From the NCBI GenBank assembly GCA_044507065.1, contig JBIQJY010000004.1:44205-108204 (forward strand): DNA of 64,000 nt. Reading direction: 5' to 3'. The notes beneath the pieces are model-generated. The model was not told the origin of the DNA. It worked only from the letters and a program-made list of their open reading frames with translations, and made no database searches. The stretch's first letter is position 1; each line of letters opens with the position of its first letter. This document shows, piece by piece, positions 57,611-64,000 of this stretch. The position numbers were made by a program, and so were the translations under genes. Source of the DNA: Acidobacteriota bacterium. Lineage in GTDB: Bacteria > Acidobacteriota > Vicinamibacteria > Vicinamibacterales > SCN-69-37.

Positions 57611-59194
57611 ATGACGAATATTCTGCGGACATACAAGATCTGCACGCTGGCGCTGGTTGTCGGGATGATCCCGGCGTCGGCGGGAGCGCAGCAGGCACCC
57701 GCGCCGGCTGGCCAGCAGGCCGGCCCGGTCGTGGCGCCCTACACGGTCGGTCAGGCCATCCCGGAGGTGGCGCCCGGCACGACGATGGTGCCGCTGACAC
57801 TCGAGCAGGCGATGGACATCGCGCTCGAGAAGAACCTCGCACTGCGGGCCGCGCGCCTTGCCCCACAGATGGCCGACTACCAGCTGGCCTCGGCGCGAGC
57901 CGCGTTTCTGCCTCAGCTGACAGGCACCTACACCTACAACGACGCGACGCAGCTGACCAACGACATCATCGACCAGGGTGTCTCGTCGTTCAACAATCGC
58001 GCGCAGCAGTTCAACTCCGGAGCCTCGCTGCAGACGCCGTGGTACGGCGGTCGCGCGAACCTCAGTTTCAACAACAACCGCGCGGTGACGACCAACCCGC
58101 GCACCATCTTCAACCCGACGTTCACGTCGAACCTCCAGTTCAACTACGTGCAGCCGCTGTTGCGCGGCATGGCCATCGACGACACCCGCAACCAGATCCG
58201 CACGCTGCCCATTCAGCGTCAGGTGGCGGATCTGCAGTTGTTGAGCCAGATCGAGAACACCAAGGCCAGCGTTCGCACGGCCTACTGGAACCTCCGCGCC
58301 GCCATCGAGCAGATCGAGATCCAGCGTCGATCGCTGGTGCTGGCGCAGCGGCTCTTCCAGGACAACCTGACGAAGGTCGAGATCGGCACGCTCGCCCAGA
58401 TCGAGACGACGACGTCGGAGACGCAGGTCGCCAACGCCGAGCAGGCGCTGCTCAATGCGCAGATCCAGTGGCGCACGGCCGAACTGGCCCTCAAACAGCT
58501 CCTGGCCGAAGGGCCTGAAGACCCGATCTACGGCAACACGATCAACCCCGTCGAGACGGCGGCCTTGTCGGTGCAGAGCGTCGACATCCCGTCGGCCGTG
58601 CAGCGTGCGCTGGCCGACAGATCGGACCTCGTCCAGGCGCGTCGCAACCTCGAGGTCAGCAACCTGAGCCTCGAAGTAACGAACAACCAGACCAAGCCGC
58701 AGCTCGACCTTCAAGGTGGTTACACCAGCCGCGGCCAGAACCGGCTGGAGGGAAGCACCGTCACCGGCTACGGCGCCGCCGTCAACCAGCTCTTTGCCTT
58801 CGACGTGCCCACCTGGAACGTCCAGCTGAATTTCACCTATCCGCTCTTCATGCGCGCCGCCAAGGCGAACTTCGCCCGCGCCCGGCTGCAGGTGCAGCAG
58901 GCCGAGACGCAGATCAAGGCGCAGGAACTGACGGTCTCCACCGAAGTCACCAATGCCGGCTATGCGGTCGAGAACACGTTCAAGCAGTTCCAGGCGGCGC
59001 AGAAGGCGCGCGAGGCCGCGGAGCGCAACGCCGAGGCCGAACAGATTCGATTCGAAGTCGGCATGTCGACCAACTACAACGTCGTCCAGGCGCAGACCAA
59101 CCTGACCACGCAGCGCCTGGCCGAACTGCGGGCCATCATCAGTTACCTCAACGCTGTCGCCGAGTTCGAGCGCGTTCAGCGAGTCGGCCGCTGA
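57611..59194 (+). CDS. TolC-family outer-membrane efflux channel
   Basis: Start MTNILRTYKICTLALVVGMIPASAGAQQ, with AGGAG 9 nt upstream. Two OEP repeats (LTLEQAMDIALEKNL...; RRSLVLAQRLFQD...). Confidence 0.85.
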   Translation: MTNILRTYKICTLALVVGMIPASAGAQQAPAPAGQQAGPVVAPYTVGQAIPEVAPGTTMVPLTLEQAMDIALEKNLALRAARLAPQMADYQLASARAAFLPQLTGTYTYNDATQLTNDIIDQGVSSFNNRAQQFNSGASLQTPWYGGRANLSFNNNRAVTTNPRTIFNPTFTSNLQFNYVQPLLRGMAIDDTRNQIRTLPIQRQVADLQLLSQIENTKASVRTAYWNLRAAIEQIEIQRRSLVLAQRLFQDNLTKVEIGTLAQIETTTSETQVANAEQALLNAQIQWRTAELALKQLLAEGPEDPIYGNTINPVETAALSVQSVDIPSAVQRALADRSDLVQARRNLEVSNLSLEVTNNQTKPQLDLQGGYTSRGQNRLEGSTVTGYGAAVNQLFAFDVPTWNVQLNFTYPLFMRAAKANFARARLQVQQAETQIKAQELTVSTEVTNAGYAVENTFKQFQAAQKAREAAERNAEAEQIRFEVGMSTNYNVVQAQTNLTTQRLAELRAIISYLNAVAEFERVQRVGR

Positions 59195-59224
59195 CGTGCG
59201 GTTTCGGGAAGGTTTTGTGCGTCG

Positions 59225-60472
59225 ATGAATAAAGTTCTCGTGGGTGTAGGGGTAGCGGCGGTTCTCGCCGGCGGCGTGTGGTACTTCGGGTCCGGATCCG
59301 GTGCGGGAGCCGGATCCGCCACTCCCGCGACCGCCGACGCCGGAGGCGCCGGCCGAGGTGGTGGTCGCGGCCGCGGTGCCGCTCCCATGACCGTTGATGT
59401 GGGCACTGCCGTGCGCGGCGAGGTCGTTGACTACATCACGGTGGTCGGCAATCTCATCGGCGAGGCTACCGTCGATGTCGTCCCGCGCGTTGCGGGCCGC
59501 ATCGAGTCGGTGTTCGTGCAGATGGGCGACCGGGTGACGCGCGGCCAGGCCGTCGTCAAGCTCGAGGATCGCGCGATTCGCGAGCAGGTCAACCAGGTCC
59601 GCGCCAATCTCGAGGTGAACCAGGCCACTCTCGCCGCGCGGGAGAACGACGAGATCGTCGCGCGCAACGCGCTCGATCGTGCGCGGACCAGCTTCGAGCG
59701 CGGACTGCTCTCCCAGGCGGGCCTCGAGGATGCCGAAGCACGGCACAGCGCCGCCGCTTCGCAGGTAACCGTGGCCAAGGCCCAGCTGGCGTCGACGCAG
59801 GCACGGCTCGACGAATTGTCGGTGACGCTGTCTGACACCACCGTGGTCTCGCCGGTCGACGGCTTTGTCGGCCGCCGCAACCTCGACCCCGGTGCGTTCG
59901 CCGGCGCGAACACCGTCGTGCTCTCGGTGGTCGACATCGGCACGGTCCGCATGGTCGCCAATCTGGTCGAGAAGGATTTCCGCCGCGTGCAGGCTGGGGC
60001 CCAGGCGCGCGTGGAAGTCGATGCGTTCCCGGGCGAACAGTTCACCGGCCACGTCAGCCGTGTGGCGCCCGTGTTCGATCCCGCGACGCGCACGGCGACC
60101 ATGGAGATTGAAGTGCCCAATCCGGGCTTCCGGCTGAAGCCCGGCATGTATGCCCGCGTGCGACTGACGGCCGAACGACGGCCCGACGCGCTGACCGTCG
60201 CTCGCGCGGCCATCGTCGACATCCAGGGGCGCCGCGGCGTCTATGTGGTCGAAGACGATGTGGCGCGGTTTCGTGAAGTGCAGACCGGCATTACCGACAA
60301 CGACCGCGTCGAGATTGCCAGCGGCCTCACCGAAGGTGCGCGCGTCGTCACGACCGGAGCGCTCGCGATTCGCGATGGCGAGCGCATCCTGGTGACCTCC
60401 GGACCAGCGGGTCGCGCGGCCGGGCCACGCGGCCAGGGCGACGCCATACAGACATCGGCCACCCCGCGGTAG
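59225..60472 (+). CDS. RND efflux periplasmic adaptor (HlyD/MFP family)
   Basis: N-terminal anchor, lipoyl/hairpin region (PRVAGRIESVFVQMGDRVTRGQAVVKLED...) and beta-barrel domain (SPVDGFVGRRNLDPG). Confidence 0.85.
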   Translation: MNKVLVGVGVAAVLAGGVWYFGSGSGAGAGSATPATADAGGAGRGGGRGRGAAPMTVDVGTAVRGEVVDYITVVGNLIGEATVDVVPRVAGRIESVFVQMGDRVTRGQAVVKLEDRAIREQVNQVRANLEVNQATLAARENDEIVARNALDRARTSFERGLLSQAGLEDAEARHSAAASQVTVAKAQLASTQARLDELSVTLSDTTVVSPVDGFVGRRNLDPGAFAGANTVVLSVVDIGTVRMVANLVEKDFRRVQAGAQARVEVDAFPGEQFTGHVSRVAPVFDPATRTATMEIEVPNPGFRLKPGMYARVRLTAERRPDALTVARAAIVDIQGRRGVYVVEDDVARFREVQTGITDNDRVEIASGLTEGARVVTTGALAIRDGERILVTSGPAGRAAGPRGQGDAIQTSATPR

Positions 60473-60547
60473 CCGCGTGGAGCAGCCGTTGACGACGATT
60501 TTCGTGACGGCACCCGTCGGGTGCCTCGTCCGTTTCAGGAGCCACTC

Positions 60548-63500
60548 ATGAGTATTCCGCGCACAGCCATCGAACGTCCCGTCACGATGTTCATGCTGTC
60601 GGCCGTGATCGTGCTGCTCGGCGCACTGTCGCTGGCCCGATTGCCCGTCGACCTGATGCCCGACATCTCGTACCCGCAGATCACGGTACGCGTGGGCTAC
60701 GCCGGGGTGGGTCCGCAGGAGATGGAGGAACTGGTCGTCCGGCCGCTCGAACAGGCGCTGGCCGCCGTGCCGGGCGTCGAGCAGATCAACTCGACGGCGT
60801 CGGAAGGCAACGCCAACGTGCGTCTGAGCTTCGCGTGGGGCACCAACCTCTCGGAGGCCGCCGACGAAGTGCGCACACGCGTCGACCGCGTGCGCGGGCG
60901 TCTGCCCGATGAAGCGGACCCGCCGACGATCTTCAAGTTCGACTCGTCGGCCACTCCCATCATCTCGATCGGCGTCGAAGGTGACTACGACAGTGTGACG
61001 CTGCGCGAAGTCGCCGAAGTGGACCTCGGCCCCCGATTCGAGCGGATCGACGGCGTGGCCGCGGTGACCGTCAATGGCGGCCTGCGACGACAGATTCACG
61101 TCGAGCTCTCGAAGGAGAAGATCACCGCGCTCGACCTGTCGGTCGACCGTGTCGTGCAGGCCATCCGGTCCGAGAACCAGAACATCCCGCTCGGAGAGGT
61201 CGACGAGGGCGACACCACGTACCTGCTCCGGAGCGTCGGCCAGTTCCAGGACCTCGAGCAGTTGAACGACCTCGTCGTGCTGACGCGCGGCGACGTCCCC
61301 GTGTACCTGCGCGACATCGCCGAAGTGCGCGACACGACCGAGGACGTTCGCAGCTTCCAGCGCATCAACGGCCGGCCCGGCGTTCGCATGCAGATCGCCA
61401 AGCAGTCGGGCAAGAATACCGTGGCCATCGCCGAAGCCGTGCGCGCGGAGGTCGAGCGCACGAACCTCGAGGTGCCGGCGGTCCGGCTCACCGTCATCAG
61501 CGACCAGGCCCGGTTCATCGAACAGTCGATCAACTCGGTGCGCGAGCACGTCTACCTGGGGTCGTTCCTCGTCATCGGGATCATCTTCCTGTTCCTGCGC
61601 GACTGGCGCGCCACGGTGATCATCTGTCTGTCGATCCCGATCTCGGTCATCGGCACGTTCGCGCTGCTCTACTTTGCCGGCTACACGCTCAATACGATGA
61701 CGTTCGGCGGCCTGGCGCTCGGCGTCGGCATGATCGTCGACGCGTCGATCGTCGTGCTCGAGAACACGTTCAGGCACATGGAGCGCGGCAAGTCCCGGAT
61801 GCAGGCCGCCATCGACGGCAGTGAAGAGGTCTGGTCCGCCATTCTGGCCTCGATCCTCACGCACATCGCCGTGTTCGTTCCGCTGCTCTTCCTGAGCGGT
61901 GTCTCGAGCATCCTCTTTGTGCAGCTGTCGGTCGTCGTCATGTTTTCGCTGGCGATGTCGCTGTTCGTTGCCGTGACGATCGTCCCGGTGCTCTGCTCGC
62001 GACTGCTGCAGGTACCCGACCGCGAGGCGCAGTCGACCACGGCGCTGGGCCGGCTGTCGCAGGTGACCGAGCGTTTCCTGACGCGGGTCGATGACGGTTA
62101 CAAGGCGGCGCTCGAAGTGGCGCTGCACCACCGGCCCACGGTGCTCGCCGGGTCGGCGGCCCTCACGATGCTCGCCTTCCTGATCCTGCCCACCATCCCG
62201 AACGAGCTGCTGCCGCAGACCGATGAGGGTGAAGTATCGGTGTCGGCGCGCATGCCTCCCGGCACGCGCATCGAACGCACCGAGGCCGTGGCCCTGCAGC
62301 TCGAGGACATCGTGCGGACGAACGTGCCCGAGGCCGTCACCGTCATTTCGAACGCCGGAGGCGGCGGTGGTTTCGGCGGCGGGTCGGGATCGTCGGCCTC
62401 GGTGCAGATTCACCTCACGCCGCGACACGAACGCAGCCGGACGAGCGACCAGATTGCCACCGACCTTCGTCGTGTCATGGTCGGTCTCCCGGGGGTGGCC
62501 ATCACCACGCGCGCCTCGGGTGGCAACCGGCAGATGACGCGACTGCTCGGCGGCGGAGGCGACTCGCGACTCTCGGTCGAAGTGCGCGGCGATGATCTCG
62601 ATGACGCCAATCGCATCTCGAATGACGTGCTCGCGCTGTTGCGGGAAACGCCGGGAGTGGCCAGCCCGCAGCTGGGCCGCGAAGAGGGCCGTCCCGAGAT
62701 GACCATTCGCGTGGATCGCCCGAAGGCGGCCCTGCTGGGCCTGTCGGTCACCGGCGTTGCCAACACCATTCGGACCAACATCAGCGGCACGCAGGCAGCG
62801 ACGTTCCGCCAGCACGGCAAGGAGTTCCCGATCATCGTCCGCCTGCGGGAGGAGGACCGCGAGCGCTCCGAGTCGGTCGGCGAGGTGCTCATCAGCACGC
62901 CGCAGGGCCAGGTGCTGCCGGCCAGCAACGTGCTCGACCTGACGCCGCAGACCGGCCCCACCCAGATCGAGCGGAAGAACCAGCAGCGGCTGACACGTGT
63001 GAATGCGGAGATCGACGCGGATATCGCCCTGAGCCAGGCCATCGCCAACGTGCAGGAGCGGCTGCCCCAGCTCGATGTGCCGCAGGGCTTCTCGGTGGGC
63101 TTCGGCGCCGAAGCCGAACAGCAGGATCAGGCCTTCGCGCAGCTGCGGGTGCTGCTGCTGCTCGGCGTGCTGCTCGTCTACGCCGTCATGGCCTCGCAGT
63201 ACGAATCGCTGCGCGACCCGTTCATCGTGATGTTCTCGGTGCCGGTCGCCGCCATCGGCGTCGTGCTCGCCCTGAAGTTGACGTCAACATCTTTCAGTCT
63301 TCAGGCGTATATCGGGGTAATCATGCTGGCGGGCATCGTGGTGAGTAACGCGATTCTTCTGGTCGACTATACGAACGTCCTGCGACGGCGCGACAAGCTG
63401 CCCCTTCGCGAGGCGGTCGTCGTGGCCGGCCGGACACGCCTGCGGCCGATTCTCATGACCACGCTGGCCACGGTCCTCGGGCTCGTCCCGATGGCCCTGG

Positions 63501-63667
63501 GCATTGGCGAAGGCGCGGAACTGCAGGCGCCAATGGCGCGGGTCGTCATCGGTGGACTGATGGCGTCGACGCTCGTCACCCTCGTGCTCGTGCCGAGTGT
63601 TTACACCATCTTCGAAGAGGGCTGGGCCGGACTGCGTCGCAAGGCGGCGCACTCGATACCCGAGTAG
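60548..63667 (+). CDS. RND efflux permease (AcrB/HAE1-like)
   Basis: [17 protein letters not shown]...; 12-TM architecture with two large periplasmic loops. AGGAG lies 7 nt upstream of ATG 60548. Confidence 0.95.
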   Translation: MSIPRTAIERPVTMFMLSAVIVLLGALSLARLPVDLMPDISYPQITVRVGYAGVGPQEMEELVVRPLEQALAAVPGVEQINSTASEGNANVRLSFAWGTNLSEAADEVRTRVDRVRGRLPDEADPPTIFKFDSSATPIISIGVEGDYDSVTLREVAEVDLGPRFERIDGVAAVTVNGGLRRQIHVELSKEKITALDLSVDRVVQAIRSENQNIPLGEVDEGDTTYLLRSVGQFQDLEQLNDLVVLTRGDVPVYLRDIAEVRDTTEDVRSFQRINGRPGVRMQIAKQSGKNTVAIAEAVRAEVERTNLEVPAVRLTVISDQARFIEQSINSVREHVYLGSFLVIGIIFLFLRDWRATVIICLSIPISVIGTFALLYFAGYTLNTMTFGGLALGVGMIVDASIVVLENTFRHMERGKSRMQAAIDGSEEVWSAILASILTHIAVFVPLLFLSGVSSILFVQLSVVVMFSLAMSLFVAVTIVPVLCSRLLQVPDREAQSTTALGRLSQVTERFLTRVDDGYKAALEVALHHRPTVLAGSAALTMLAFLILPTIPNELLPQTDEGEVSVSARMPPGTRIERTEAVALQLEDIVRTNVPEAVTVISNAGGGGGFGGGSGSSASVQIHLTPRHERSRTSDQIATDLRRVMVGLPGVAITTRASGGNRQMTRLLGGGGDSRLSVEVRGDDLDDANRISNDVLALLRETPGVASPQLGREEGRPEMTIRVDRPKAALLGLSVTGVANTIRTNISGTQAATFRQHGKEFPIIVRLREEDRERSESVGEVLISTPQGQVLPASNVLDLTPQTGPTQIERKNQQRLTRVNAEIDADIALSQAIANVQERLPQLDVPQGFSVGFGAEAEQQDQAFAQLRVLLLLGVLLVYAVMASQYESLRDPFIVMFSVPVAAIGVVLALKLTSTSFSLQAYIGVIMLAGIVVSNAILLVDYTNVLRRRDKLPLREAVVVAGRTRLRPILMTTLATVLGLVPMALGIGEGAELQAPMARVVIGGLMASTLVTLVLVPSVYTIFEEGWAGLRRKAAHSIPE

Positions 63668-63689
63668 GGGCGGCCGTACAACGATCATC

Positions 63690-64000
63690 ATGAAAAAACT
63701 CGTTCCGGTTCTGATTCTGGCGGCGGTTGTGGGCGGGGGTGCCTACTACTATTTCTCGTACGGCAAGACGGTCGAACCTCCCCAGATCGTCCAGGTGCCC
63801 ATCTCCCGCGGCGACATCACCGAGTACGTGCAGGCCACCGGGACACTCGAGGCGCAGCGGACCGTTCCGGTGGGACCGCAGGTTTCGGGCACCATCATGT
63901 CGCTCGGCGCCGACTTCAACTCCATCGTGAAGGAGGGACAGATCGTCGCCCGCCTCGACCCGTCGCTGCTGCAGACACAGGTCGACATCCAGAAGGCGAA
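63690..64000 (+). CDS. Second efflux adaptor (MacA/HlyD-like); N-terminal fragment running off the right edge
   Basis: MKKLVPVLILAAVVGGGAYYYF...ISRGDITEYVQATGTLEAQRTVPVGPQVSGTIMSLGADFNSIVKEGQIVARLD. Not in the track because it is truncated. Confidence 0.8.
   Translation, partial: MKKLVPVLILAAVVGGGAYYYFSYGKTVEPPQIVQVPISRGDITEYVQATGTLEAQRTVPVGPQVSGTIMSLGADFNSIVKEGQIVARLDPSLLQTQVDIQKA

Noticed and set aside
56984-62815. A 1943-aa uninterrupted reverse-strand ORF, by far the longest in the window
   Set aside because: It is the codon-aligned antisense frame of four consecutive + strand genes (Spy-like, TolC, adaptor, RND). Their starts at 57020, 57551/57611, 59225 and 60521/60548 are all congruent modulo 3 with the antisense codons. 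In a high-GC3 genome the sense codons TTA, CTA and TCA are rare, so the antisense frame lacks stops. The product is Arg/Asp/Gly/His-rich junk with no TM segments or motifs, while the + strand proteins have unmistakable family signatures.

Overview
Very GC-rich bacterial chromosomal window, with about 65 tightly packed protein-coding genes. The cell plan is Gram-negative: TolC, TonB, RND efflux, outer-membrane beta-barrels and lipoboxes are all present. The lineage looks Acidobacteriota- or Gemmatimonadota-like, but that is only a guess from protein style. I found no rRNA, tRNA, CRISPR array, transposase, integrase, phage gene or recognisable defence gene, so the window looks like core chromosome rather than a mobile island. 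Left to right the content is as follows. (1) 1-18.9 kb: an envelope glycoconjugate locus with an epimerase, a methyltransferase, two GT4, three polytopic GT-C-like enzymes, a GT2 polyprenyl-phosphate glycosyltransferase, a YqaA/DedA protein, two MprF-flippase-like (UPF0104) proteins, a radical SAM/SPASM-like enzyme, an HYR-SGNH lipoprotein, two lipoproteins of unknown function and two small OM beta-barrels. (2) IMPase, an RsbW-like kinase, aroK and a phosphoesterase. (3) 21.8-28.8 kb: a nine-gene, translationally coupled System I cytochrome c maturation operon of non-canonical design. (4) Housekeeping genes: maf, hbd, cinA, pgpA, an NtrY/NtrC-type two-component system, nrdR, purC, CIRCE-controlled groESL, a TonB-family protein, tatA, rnr, gatB, ispH. 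(5) An ECF sigma/ZAS anti-sigma pair, followed by a Spy/CpxP-like protein, TolC, adaptor, RND pump and the start of a second adaptor. Gene packing is extreme. Many start/stop overlaps of 1 or 4 nt (ATGA, GTGA, TGATG) chain genes into operons, and several convergent pairs overlap at their 3' ends. Most long ORFs in the six-frame track are codon-aligned antisense artefacts of GC3 bias. The two best candidates for undescribed biology are the GT-C/UPF0104/radical-SAM glycosylation locus built around lipoproteins, and the variant ccm operon, which has a CXXXY CcmE, a CcmF-CcmH fusion and two embedded uncharacterised genes. Both are inferences from sequence motifs and synteny only.
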